Below are positions 1-8,717 of a DNA stretch of 64,000 nucleotides, piece by piece. Position 1 is the stretch's first letter. Every line of letters starts with the position of its first letter. The position numbers and the translations under genes are program-made. Under the pieces are notes generated by a model. It had not been told where the DNA came from and did no database searches. It saw only the letters and a program-made list of their open reading frames with translations. This DNA comes from an uncultured Solibacteraceae bacterium (GTDB lineage: Bacteria > Acidobacteriota > Terriglobia > Bryobacterales > Bryobacteraceae), in the NCBI GenBank assembly GCA_964636715.1, contig CAZWTH010000231.1, forward strand, positions 70 to 64,069, in the 5' to 3' direction.

Positions 1-611
1 ACTCCACGTGGGAACCGGCGGGCTTCACCAGCGGCGGCGCCTTCCTTCACCAGATCACGAAGGACTGGCAGATGTCCGGCATCTGGACGCTGGCTTCCGG
101 AGGCGCCTACACCCTCGGCTACAGCTACCAGAATCAGGGCGCCAACGTGAACATCACGGGCTCTCCGGACTTCGGCGGCACGGTGACGATGAACAACGTC
201 GGCAGTGGCTGTTCGGGCAACGTGTACTCCGAGTTCAACGCAGCCGGAGTGACGGGACCAACATACGGCAGCGCGGGTCTCGAATCGGGCCGCCTGCAGA
301 TGCGCGGTTGCGCCACAGACAATGTGGATGCTTCCGTCGTCCGCCGCTTCCGCTTCTGGAAGTTCCAGGAAAGCCGCCGGTTTGAGTTCCGCGCGGATAT
401 CTACAACACTCTGAATATCGTTCAGATCACGGGTATCAGCACGTCGGGCACGTTCAACACGCCGGCGGGCATGGCGCTGCAGAACGGCGAATTTACTTCG
501 ACGGGAGCTATCGCCTCAGGCAAGCAGTTGCCCAAGAACGCAGGCTTCGGCGCCGCCAACAACGCCGCGACCATGCGCAACATACAACTTGAAGTTCGCT
601 TCGGCTTCTAA
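1..611 (+). CDS. TonB-dependent outer-membrane receptor, C-terminal fragment (5' end outside window)
   Basis: Frame is open from base 3 with no stop until 609-611. The terminal ...MRNIQLEVRFGF resembles the barrel-closing C-terminus of the complete receptor at 34291-37527 (...ARQIQLGARFEF). Confidence 0.65.
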   Translation, partial: STWEPAGFTSGGAFLHQITKDWQMSGIWTLASGGAYTLGYSYQNQGANVNITGSPDFGGTVTMNNVGSGCSGNVYSEFNAAGVTGPTYGSAGLESGRLQMRGCATDNVDASVVRRFRFWKFQESRRFEFRADIYNTLNIVQITGISTSGTFNTPAGMALQNGEFTSTGAIASGKQLPKNAGFGAANNAATMRNIQLEVRFGF

Positions 612-633
612 GCCGGGGCCTGGTTCGCAAAAC

Positions 634-675
634 GCGGGGGGGAAGGCATAAGGCCTTCTCCCCCGCTTTTTATTT
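634..675 (+). terminator. Rho-independent terminator after the receptor gene
   Basis: 13-bp GC-rich stem: gcgggggggaagg (634-646) pairs with ccttctcccccgc (654-666) with one G.U pair. 7-nt loop, followed by tttttattt. Confidence 0.65.
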
Positions 676-714
676 GGGTGACGCAAATCTGGTAATAAAA
701 TAGTCCGCAGCCCG

Positions 715-2010
715 ATGAAGCTTCGCATCGCTCTCGCCGTCTTCGCCGCCACGGCGGTATCCATCTCCGCATTCGCGGCGGTTATCGGCGCGAACGTCGC
801 GGCCCTGCCTCTTACCGGAGAACGGATCGCCTCACTACCCGCCGCACAACAACCGGCGTGGCGGAAGTATCTGGCGCATTCCATTTCACAAATGCGCGCC
901 GACCGCGCCGCGCTCGATGCCGAAATGAAGAAAGCCGGGCTGAAGGCCCCGGTCATTCCTCCGAGCGGATCGGCCGCGAAAAGTATTCCGCTCGATAAGC
1001 CCGCCGATTGGTATGCGGGCGCGGAAGCGCGGCGCATCGCCAATATCGTCATCTCATTTCAAACGCCGGCGGGAGGGTGGAGTAAAAATCTCAACCTGGC
1101 GGATCACACGCGCGCAACAGGTGAGCACTTTGCCGGCAATAATTCCTCTCCCGTGCCGGGCGTTGCGGATTTCGACGCGTCCAAAGATCCGAAATGGGAG
1201 TATGTGGGGACGCTGGATAACGACGCAACCACAACGGAGATTCGTTTTCTCGCGAAGGTAGCCGGGGCCAACGGCGCCGATAAAGAAGCGCAGGCGTGGC
1301 GCGCCTCTTTCCTTCGCGGGATCGAATACATCCTGACGGCGCAGTACCCGAACGGCGGATGGCCGCAGATCTGGCCGCTGCAGGGCGGCTACCACGACGC
1401 GATCACGTTCAATGATGATGCCATGACCAAAGCGCTGATGGTTTTGTTCGACGCGTCGAACGGAACGGCTGACTTCTCGAGCGTTCCGGCGAATCTGCGG
1501 AGGCGAGCGCAGGCGGCGGTCGTCAGGGGCATCGAAATCATACTCGCGACCCAAATCGTAACGCAAGGCAAGCGCACCGCCTGGGGCCAGCAGTACGACA
1601 TGCTGGACCTGAAGCCCGCCGGCGCCCGCAACTACGAGCCGCCTTCGCTTTCGAGCGGCGAAACCGCCACCGTGCTGCTTTTCCTGATGAAACTCCCGAA
1701 CCCGGGTCCCGGGGAAGTGGAGGCGATTCGCGCCGGCACCGCGTGGTTGAAGTCGGTAGCCATCTATGGCAAGGCCTTCGAGCGCGGGCCGAACGGACGG
1801 ACTTTAACGTCCGCTCCCGGGGCAGGACCGATCTGGTCGCGCTACTACGAGATCGGTTCCAATCGCCCGATCTTCGGCGATCGCGACAAGACCATTCACG
1901 ACGATGTGAACGAAATTTCGCTGGAACGCCGCAACGGCTATAGCTGGTACAACGCGGGACCCCAGGCCGCGCTCGATCGCTTCGCCGAATGGAACGCCGG
2001 CCGGCCCTGA
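715..2010 (+). CDS. Pectate lyase, PL10 (PelA/Pel-15E-like), secreted
   Basis: Signal peptide MKLRIALAVFAATAVSISAFA. Motifs FQTPAGGWSKN, TLDNDATTTE, AQYPNGGWPQIWPL and WSRYYEIGSNRPIFGDRD are typical of PL10 pectate lyases. Confidence 0.75.
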   Translation: MKLRIALAVFAATAVSISAFAAVIGANVAALPLTGERIASLPAAQQPAWRKYLAHSISQMRADRAALDAEMKKAGLKAPVIPPSGSAAKSIPLDKPADWYAGAEARRIANIVISFQTPAGGWSKNLNLADHTRATGEHFAGNNSSPVPGVADFDASKDPKWEYVGTLDNDATTTEIRFLAKVAGANGADKEAQAWRASFLRGIEYILTAQYPNGGWPQIWPLQGGYHDAITFNDDAMTKALMVLFDASNGTADFSSVPANLRRRAQAAVVRGIEIILATQIVTQGKRTAWGQQYDMLDLKPAGARNYEPPSLSSGETATVLLFLMKLPNPGPGEVEAIRAGTAWLKSVAIYGKAFERGPNGRTLTSAPGAGPIWSRYYEIGSNRPIFGDRDKTIHDDVNEISLERRNGYSWYNAGPQAALDRFAEWNAGRP

Positions 2011-2085
2011 TCTGAGCGAGCCGGCCGCCCTGTCAATCTGCGTGCCGATTGTGAATCAGCCGTCCGCTACCGCCCGTGACAACCG

Positions 2086-3447
2086 CTATTTCAGTACATA
2101 CGGCTTCTCGACCGTAACGGGCGCAGGCACTTTCGGCGGATCGATTGTCGCTGCTCCCGCAAGCCCTTTGCCGGTCACATTGTGGATGCTGAGCAGCGGC
2201 CCGGAATACCCGGTCACGTGAATGTTTTTGATGTCGGCATTTTTGATGTTCGTGAGCGAAACGCCCTTTGCGCATGTACCGGATACATTCGCCAGCGTGA
2301 AGCCATCGAGCGGCTTATCCGGATGAATGCCGGTCCCGTCCACGAGCAGCGGGCAGTCCTGCACCCGCACATTCGTGAACCGGAAATTGCGGATCGTCGG
2401 GATGCCTTCGAGACCGGGGACCGGGTCCTGATCCTGCAGGCCACTGTTGAGGATGTTGAACCGGAGAAAGCCGCCATCCGTTCCGGATACATCCAGATCG
2501 TTGGCTGTGATGTCTTCAATGAAGGCGCCGCGGCCCGGGCGGCTTTTGATATAAAGCGCAAACGTTTTCGCCCTTGTGAATTTGCAGCGCTCGATACGGA
2601 CGTTGCGGATGCCCCCCGAAGTCTCGCTGCCAATCCCGATGCAGGCAAAAATCGAGTCGGCGAACGTGCAATCTGTTATGTGCACGTCTTCCGTGGTCTG
2701 CAGTAGCTTATAGCCCTCCATACCGCGGCCGGATTTGAGGGAAATGCAATCGTCGCCGGTGGAGATATCGCAGCCCTGAATGCGTACGTGTTTGCAGGAA
2801 TCGATGTCGATGCCGTCGCCATTGCCCCCGGTGCTGCGAATCGTCAGGTTGCGAATGGAAATGTTCTCACACAACGTCGGGTGAATGCTCCACATCAGGC
2901 GGTGCTCGGTCGAGAAGTCTTCGAGGCGAATATCGTTGCACCGGATGAACTCAATAAGGGCGGGATGGCGCAGGGGATTCTGCGGCGTCGGACGGCCCCC
3001 GAGCGCCGCATTGCCGGCGATCCTGCCCGGTCCCACGATGGCGATGTGTTCGGCGTCAAGCGCATAGATCAGCGCGGTGCGGCCCGAAATCCATTTGCCT
3101 TCCCAGCGCACCTGCATCACGGGATAATCGGCGAAATCGGGCGTGCCCGAGAGAATCGCATCTTTCTCCAGACGAAGCGTGACGTTGGAACGCAGCGCGA
3201 TCGCGCCCGTCAGGTAGTTGCCCGCGGGCACGACAGCCTCTCCGCCGCCGAATACCCAGCAGCGGTCAATGGTCTGCTGCAGCGCCGCGGTGTCGCGAGT
3301 CCTGCCATCGCCCGTAGCGCCGAAATCGCGCACGTTGAGACTGCGCTTCGCGGGCGCGGGGGAGGCATGTTGCTGGGCGCTGGCCTTTACCTGCGGCAGC
3401 AGGAGAACACCAGTAGCCTTGAGAACGTGGCGGCGGGTCGGGGACAT
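2086..3447 (-). CDS. Glycoside hydrolase family 28 (polygalacturonase-like), Tat signal
   Basis: Preferred start is ATG at 3447 (MSPTRRHVLKATGVLLL, twin-arginine). RDFGATGDGRTRDTAALQQTIDRC N-terminal motif, then parallel beta-helix repeats with GNGDGIDIDSC and ISTGDDCISLKSG (GH28 catalytic Asp cluster). The ORF track extends to 3519. Confidence 0.8.
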   Translation of the reverse strand: MSPTRRHVLKATGVLLLPQVKASAQQHASPAPAKRSLNVRDFGATGDGRTRDTAALQQTIDRCWVFGGGEAVVPAGNYLTGAIALRSNVTLRLEKDAILSGTPDFADYPVMQVRWEGKWISGRTALIYALDAEHIAIVGPGRIAGNAALGGRPTPQNPLRHPALIEFIRCNDIRLEDFSTEHRLMWSIHPTLCENISIRNLTIRSTGGNGDGIDIDSCKHVRIQGCDISTGDDCISLKSGRGMEGYKLLQTTEDVHITDCTFADSIFACIGIGSETSGGIRNVRIERCKFTRAKTFALYIKSRPGRGAFIEDITANDLDVSGTDGGFLRFNILNSGLQDQDPVPGLEGIPTIRNFRFTNVRVQDCPLLVDGTGIHPDKPLDGFTLANVSGTCAKGVSLTNIKNADIKNIHVTGYSGPLLSIHNVTGKGLAGAATIDPPKVPAPVTVEKPYVLK

Positions 3448-3511
3448 GGCATGGCGAGGATACCATGGCTGCGGCGGCCGATGTTTTCGTATATGATGAA
3501 CATCTGAGGTA

Positions 3512-5005
3512 ATGTTCATGTCTCAAACTATTTCCGCCCGCCGCGCCGCCGGGATCGTATTCGCGGGGCTGATCGCCCTTCCAGCCGGCAGTCTCCTGTT
3601 TCAATCCAGAGGCGCCGACGCCACGCCGCCGGTCCGGATGACCAAAGCTGAAGATCACCAGCGGACCATGGAACTGCTGGGTATCAAGGAACTCCGCAAG
3701 GGCAAGGCAGGCAGAGACAAGACCGACCCCAATTTCGCGAATTACGACGAGTCGAAAGCGAACCCGTTTCCGAACCTTCCGGACCCGCTGACGCTGAAGA
3801 ACGGCAAGAAGGTCAGGACGGCCGCCGATTGGTGGAATAAGCGCCGTCCCGAAATCGTGGAAGATTTCGACCGCGAAGTCTATGGCCGCGTGCCGAAGAA
3901 CGTTCCGAAAGTGAAGTGGGAAGTCGCGTCGACCACGAACGGAAAACGCGGTGACGTGGACATCGTCACCAAACAGTTGGTAGGCGTGGTGGATAACTCG
4001 ATGGATCCCGATATCGAAGTGAAGATCGCGCTCTCTCTCACGACGCCCGCGCACGCGACGGGACCGGTGCCGGTGATCATGCAGTTCGGTGGCTTTGGAG
4101 GGGGACAGAACGCGGCTTCGGGGCCGCCCTACGATCCGAACGCGTTCAACGCGCCGCCCGCCGGGCGCGGACCTGTCGCGGCATTCGGCGCATCCGGCGC
4201 GGGCCGTGGCCCAGGATTTGGCGGCGGCCGCGGACCCACAGGACCCACGTGGCAAGATCAGGTTCTCGCGAAAGGCTGGGGTTATGCCACACTCAACCCC
4301 GGCAGCATTCAGGCGGATAACGGCGCCGGGCTGACCCTCGGCATCATCGGGCTCTCCAACAAAGGTCAGCCGCGCAAAGCCGATGACTGGGGCGCTCTGC
4401 GCGCGTGGGCCTGGGGCGCGAGCCGCGCGATCGATTATTTCGAGACCGACAAGGCGGTGGACGCGAAGCATATCGCGATCGAAGGCCATTCGCGGTATGG
4501 CAAAGCGGCGATCGTCGCTCTCGCCTACGAACCGCGTATGTGGACGGCCTACGTCAGTTCCTCCGGCGAAGGCGGCGCGAAGCTGCATCGCCGCAACTGG
4601 GGCGAAATTATCGAGAACGTTGCGGGGATTGACGAATATCACTGGATGGCCGGCAATTTCCTGAAGTACGCGGGACCGCTCGGATGGAACGATCTGCCGG
4701 TGGATTCGCACGAGCTGGTGGCGATGATCGCGCCGCGCCCGGTGTTCCTGAGCGCGGGCAACGGCGGCTACGACGTCGAGCCCGGCGGCGATAGCTGGGT
4801 GGACGCGAAAGGCACGTTCCTCGCGGGCGCCGGAGCGGGTCCGGTGTACCGGCTGCTCGGGAAGAAAGATCTCGGAACTACTGAATTTCCGAAGATCGAA
4901 ACGCTGATCGCGACGGGCGACATCGCATTCCGCCAGCATTCGAGCGGACACACGGACGTACCGAACTGGCCGTATTTCCTGGATTTCGCGTCGAAGCACA
5001 TGTAG
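3512..5005 (+). CDS. Carbohydrate esterase family 15-like (glucuronoyl esterase)
   Basis: Signal-anchor N-terminus. The nucleophile motif GHSRYGKAA is characteristic of bacterial CE15, and the C-terminal ...HSSGHT supplies a candidate catalytic His. A paralog lies at 51621-53021. Confidence 0.65.
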   Translation: MFMSQTISARRAAGIVFAGLIALPAGSLLFQSRGADATPPVRMTKAEDHQRTMELLGIKELRKGKAGRDKTDPNFANYDESKANPFPNLPDPLTLKNGKKVRTAADWWNKRRPEIVEDFDREVYGRVPKNVPKVKWEVASTTNGKRGDVDIVTKQLVGVVDNSMDPDIEVKIALSLTTPAHATGPVPVIMQFGGFGGGQNAASGPPYDPNAFNAPPAGRGPVAAFGASGAGRGPGFGGGRGPTGPTWQDQVLAKGWGYATLNPGSIQADNGAGLTLGIIGLSNKGQPRKADDWGALRAWAWGASRAIDYFETDKAVDAKHIAIEGHSRYGKAAIVALAYEPRMWTAYVSSSGEGGAKLHRRNWGEIIENVAGIDEYHWMAGNFLKYAGPLGWNDLPVDSHELVAMIAPRPVFLSAGNGGYDVEPGGDSWVDAKGTFLAGAGAGPVYRLLGKKDLGTTEFPKIETLIATGDIAFRQHSSGHTDVPNWPYFLDFASKHM

Positions 5006-5076
5006 GCTTCACATCCAGGCTTCTGGCGGATCGGCGCCTTTCGCGATAAGCTGTCGGACGAGAGGAATACCGATCC

Positions 5077-7350
5077 ATGAGGAAAACAGGCGCTGCGGCG
5101 TTGCTTTTGGGCGCGTGCGCGGCATGGTTTGCCCTGCAGGCTGCGTCCTCAGCGAACTCTATCGGGATGACGCTGGTGACGGTTCCCGCCGGCAGCTTCG
5201 AGATGGGCGCGGACTCCGTCCCGCTGCCGCAGGAGCTGATCAAAGGTCCTTCGGGCGTAATCTATGACCGTACCTCGGCTGACGGCGACTACGACGAGAC
5301 GCCTGTCCATCGCGTCACCATCAGCCATCCGTTCGCGATGAGCGCGACTGAGGTCACGATCGAACAATTCCAGAAGTTTCGTCCGGAATTCAAGGGTGAT
5401 CCTTACTATGCGCCGTACGCTTCGGGCGTGAGTTGGGACGACGCGGTTGCGTTCACGAAATGGCTCAGTGAAAAAGAGGGCAAGCCCTATCGTCTGCCCA
5501 CGGAAGCCGAATGGGAATACGCGGCCCGTGCGGGCACAAAGACGCTCTTCTCTTCCGGCGCCCATCGGCCAGCGCCCGGGGCGGCCAATCCCTGGGGCTT
5601 GAAGAACATGAATACGAACGTGGCGGAGTGGTGTCTCGACTGGCACGGTTTGTATCCGAGCGCCGCGCAGACAGATCCCGTGGGTCCTGCCACCGGAATC
5701 GGCCGCGTGATTCGCGGCGGCGGGCTCGATTATCGTGCTGCCCCGAAGACCGATGAAGGACGCCACCTTCCCGCCGAAATGGCGTACTACGCGCGGTCCG
5801 CCAATCGCGCCAGCATGGCGCCGGGTTTCCGGGGGGCGCACGGCATCGGGTTTCGCGTAGTGCAGGCCCCGATGCCCACAACCAAGCCACTGCCCGTCAC
5901 CCCGAACTTCTTCGTCACGGACGTAAAGCAGAATGCGCCGGACCTGAAGCGCGGTCCGAATCCCGATGTTCCTTTCTATTACTCGCGTCCACTCTTCCCC
6001 AATGCCGGCGACAAAGACATGCGCGCCGTGGGCTGGAAGATCGGATTCAAAGCGGGTCTCGGCGTCGCGTATCACAACTCCGCCGTTCAGGTACTCAACA
6101 ACGGTGATCTGATCGCGGCGTACTACAACACGCCGCAGTACGAAGACGATCCCGATCAAACCGTGATGACCATGCGGCTGCGCTACGGCGCCGAGGATTG
6201 GGACATGCCCGAGCCCTGGCCCGATTTCACTGACGCGGATGACGCCGCGCCTGTGTTCTGGAATGAAGCCGGCCATCTCTGGTTCTTCTGGGGCTCGCCC
6301 CGTCTGCTGGGTGGAGGACCGTTTCAATACATGACCTCGGACGACAATGGCGCGACGTGGAGCCCGGTCACGCTGGCCCATCTCACAGCGCCTCCCGGTA
6401 AGTTCACGCCGCAGCCGATCAACAGCGTGGTGCGCGCGAAAGACGGAACCATTTATCTGCCGGTGGACGGCGACGGCAGCGTCAGCGTCGTTTTCAACTC
6501 GCATGACAACGGCAAGACGTGGACCGATCCGGGTGGGCGCACAGCGGGACGTCACACCACGCTCGTGATCGGGCGCGATGGTTCGCTCATCGGCTACGGC
6601 GGCAAGAATTCAGAGATTGATGGTTTTATGCCGAAAGCCGTTAGCCACGATGGTGGAAAGACGTGGGAGAAATCGAAAACCCCATTCCGTCCTCTGGGCA
6701 GCGGACAACGGCCGAGCATCATCCGGCTGCAATCGGGCCGGCTGCTTTTCGTGGCCGATCTCTTCAATAAGAAGAAGCTGGGCCCGGATGGCGCCGGCGC
6801 ATTCGTCGCGCTGAGTGACGATGATGGCGCCACGTGGCAGAAGCGCCAGCTTCCAGGCGTCGTCACCGTTGGCTACGTGACGGCGACGCAGGCACCGAAT
6901 GGCGTGATCCATATCGTGACGTCAAAGGGCGATCCATCGCTTCACATCGAGCTGAACGAGGCGTGGGTGTTGAAAGGTGGCGATTCCGCTCCTGCACCCA
7001 CGGAAGCGCGCGATGTTCATGAGAGCCAGGAGAAGTATCCGGATGGAAAGACGAAAGCCGTGTGGAGCGCCGGGTTCACGCCCGATAACCGCTACGTGCT
7101 GAACGGCCGGCAGACATTCTTTTATCCCAGCGGGAGAAAACAGTGGGAGGCTACGTATGTTGCCGGGCGAAAAACCGGCGTCGAAACTTTCTGGAATGCG
7201 GCGGGCGCGAAAGAGTGGGAGCGTTCGTTTGCGCCTGATGGAATCTGGATCTGGACACTCTACGGCCCGGGCGACCGGATCACGGCGCAATCGCGCTGGC
7301 GCGGCAAGAAACTGATCGATGCGAACACCAACGGAGCATTGGCGCAATGA
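5077..7350 (+). CDS. Multidomain secreted protein: FGE-sulfatase (SUMF1-like) domain + BNR/sialidase-like beta-propeller + MORN-like C-terminal repeats
   Basis: Signal peptide. VSWDDAVAFTKWLSEKEGKPYRLPTEAEWEYAARAG and NVAEWCLDW match the FGE-sulfatase fold. Four SxDxGxTW BNR motifs (SDDNGATW, SHDNGKTW, SHDGGKTW, SDDDGATW). The tail has YPDGKTK.../YPSGRKQWE... MORN-type repeats. Confidence 0.7.
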   Translation: MRKTGAAALLLGACAAWFALQAASSANSIGMTLVTVPAGSFEMGADSVPLPQELIKGPSGVIYDRTSADGDYDETPVHRVTISHPFAMSATEVTIEQFQKFRPEFKGDPYYAPYASGVSWDDAVAFTKWLSEKEGKPYRLPTEAEWEYAARAGTKTLFSSGAHRPAPGAANPWGLKNMNTNVAEWCLDWHGLYPSAAQTDPVGPATGIGRVIRGGGLDYRAAPKTDEGRHLPAEMAYYARSANRASMAPGFRGAHGIGFRVVQAPMPTTKPLPVTPNFFVTDVKQNAPDLKRGPNPDVPFYYSRPLFPNAGDKDMRAVGWKIGFKAGLGVAYHNSAVQVLNNGDLIAAYYNTPQYEDDPDQTVMTMRLRYGAEDWDMPEPWPDFTDADDAAPVFWNEAGHLWFFWGSPRLLGGGPFQYMTSDDNGATWSPVTLAHLTAPPGKFTPQPINSVVRAKDGTIYLPVDGDGSVSVVFNSHDNGKTWTDPGGRTAGRHTTLVIGRDGSLIGYGGKNSEIDGFMPKAVSHDGGKTWEKSKTPFRPLGSGQRPSIIRLQSGRLLFVADLFNKKKLGPDGAGAFVALSDDDGATWQKRQLPGVVTVGYVTATQAPNGVIHIVTSKGDPSLHIELNEAWVLKGGDSAPAPTEARDVHESQEKYPDGKTKAVWSAGFTPDNRYVLNGRQTFFYPSGRKQWEATYVAGRKTGVETFWNAAGAKEWERSFAPDGIWIWTLYGPGDRITAQSRWRGKKLIDANTNGALAQ

Positions 7351-8708
7351 AGTTTGGACTCGCGGCGGCGCTCACTGCGTCCGTTGCAACACTGGCGTTC
7401 GGCGCGGATACCGGCCGGCTGAAAGTCGCGCCCGGCGGCCACTTTCTGCAATACGAAGACGGAAGACCGTTCTTCTGGCTGGCCGACGCCGCGTGGCTGA
7501 TGTTCAACAAGCTGACGCCGGACGAAATCAAATCCTACCTTAACGACCGGCACGAAAAAGGCTTCAACGTCGTGCAGGTAATGGTGATTCGCGGTGGAGA
7601 TAAGGACACGTCCGGCGCTCCGGCGCTCATTGGCAATGACCCTGCAACGCCGGATCTCACGCACGGCCGATGGGATCGCGTGGATCAGGCAATCTCGTTC
7701 GCCGATGACGAAGGCATCTATGTCGGTATGGTGGCGGCATGGGGCTCGATGGTGAAATCGGGCGCGCTGAACGAGTCGAACGCGAAGCAGTACGCCACAT
7801 TTCTGGCGCGCCGCTATCGTGACCGGCCGAACATCGTCTGGATTCTTGGCGGCGATATTCAGGGCGATATCCATCCCGAAGTCTGGCGCATCATGGGCGC
7901 CACGCTGCGAGCCGAAGACCCGAATCATCTGATCAGCTATCATCCATTCGGCCGTATGCAGTCCTCTATGTGGTTTCATGACGAATCCTGGCTCGATTTC
8001 AACATGTTTCAGTCCGGCCATCAGCGCTATGACCAGGATGTCTCGTCGCCCCACAAATTCGGTGAGGATAACTGGCGCTACGTGCAGGAAGACTACGCGC
8101 GCAAGCCAACCAAGCCAGTGATTGACGGCGAGCCTTCCTGTGAAGGCATTCCACAGGGACTGCACGATCCGGCGCAACCTCGCTGGAAGGATGCTGACGT
8201 TCGGCGTTATGCATGGTGGTCCGTGATGGCCGGGGCCGCGGGACACACCTACGGCGATAACTCCGTGATGCAATTCCTCCGGAATGGCGACGGCGCTGCG
8301 TATGGCGCGAGGGAATTGTGGAGCGACGCGATTCACGATCCCGGCTCCGGAGAGATGCAGTATGTGAAGAAGCTGATGCTCTCAAGGCCATACTTCGAGC
8401 GCGTGCCGGATCAGACGCTGATCGCGGGGGAGAACGGCGCGAAGCACGATTACGTGATCGCGAGCCGGGGCAAAAAGTATCTGTTCGCGTATGACTACTC
8501 GGGGAAGCCCTTCCGTATTCGCATGGGCGCGATCGGAGGGACCCGCGTGCAGGCGTGGTGGTACAGTCCGCGCGATGGGTCCGCACAAAAGGCGGGAACG
8601 TTCGAGAATCGTGACGAACACGCCTTCACTCCGCCGGATCAGAACGACTGGGTGCTGGTCATCGATGATGCGGCGGCCAAATTTCCAGCGCCCGGAACGG
8701 CGCCGTGA
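7347..8708 (+). CDS. DUF4038 / GH140-like glycoside hydrolase
   Basis: ATGA overlap with the upstream stop. Signal peptide. N-terminal GHFLQYEDGRPFFWLADAAWLMFNKLTPDEIKSYLNDRHEKGFNVVQVMV is typical of the DUF4038 TIM-barrel family (GH140). Pectin-locus context. Confidence 0.6.
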   Translation: MKFGLAAALTASVATLAFGADTGRLKVAPGGHFLQYEDGRPFFWLADAAWLMFNKLTPDEIKSYLNDRHEKGFNVVQVMVIRGGDKDTSGAPALIGNDPATPDLTHGRWDRVDQAISFADDEGIYVGMVAAWGSMVKSGALNESNAKQYATFLARRYRDRPNIVWILGGDIQGDIHPEVWRIMGATLRAEDPNHLISYHPFGRMQSSMWFHDESWLDFNMFQSGHQRYDQDVSSPHKFGEDNWRYVQEDYARKPTKPVIDGEPSCEGIPQGLHDPAQPRWKDADVRRYAWWSVMAGAAGHTYGDNSVMQFLRNGDGAAYGARELWSDAIHDPGSGEMQYVKKLMLSRPYFERVPDQTLIAGENGAKHDYVIASRGKKYLFAYDYSGKPFRIRMGAIGGTRVQAWWYSPRDGSAQKAGTFENRDEHAFTPPDQNDWVLVIDDAAAKFPAPGTAP

Positions 8709-8717
8709 GCCTGTGAC

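Noticed and set aside
8-385. 125-aa ORF at the left edge in a different frame from the receptor fragment.
   Set aside because: It overlaps the open receptor frame, which has a recognisable C-terminal barrel signature. Its own translation is Arg-rich and motif-free.
3266-4999. 577-aa ORF antisense to the CE15 gene. Similar long antisense or shadow ORFs occur at 5149-6555, 18050-19441, 26027-27463, 34954-36549, 45354-46373 and 47321-48361.
   Set aside because: These are typical high-GC shadow ORFs. Their translations are Arg/Ala/Pro/Gly-rich with no motifs, while the opposite strand encodes proteins with clear family signatures and signal peptides.
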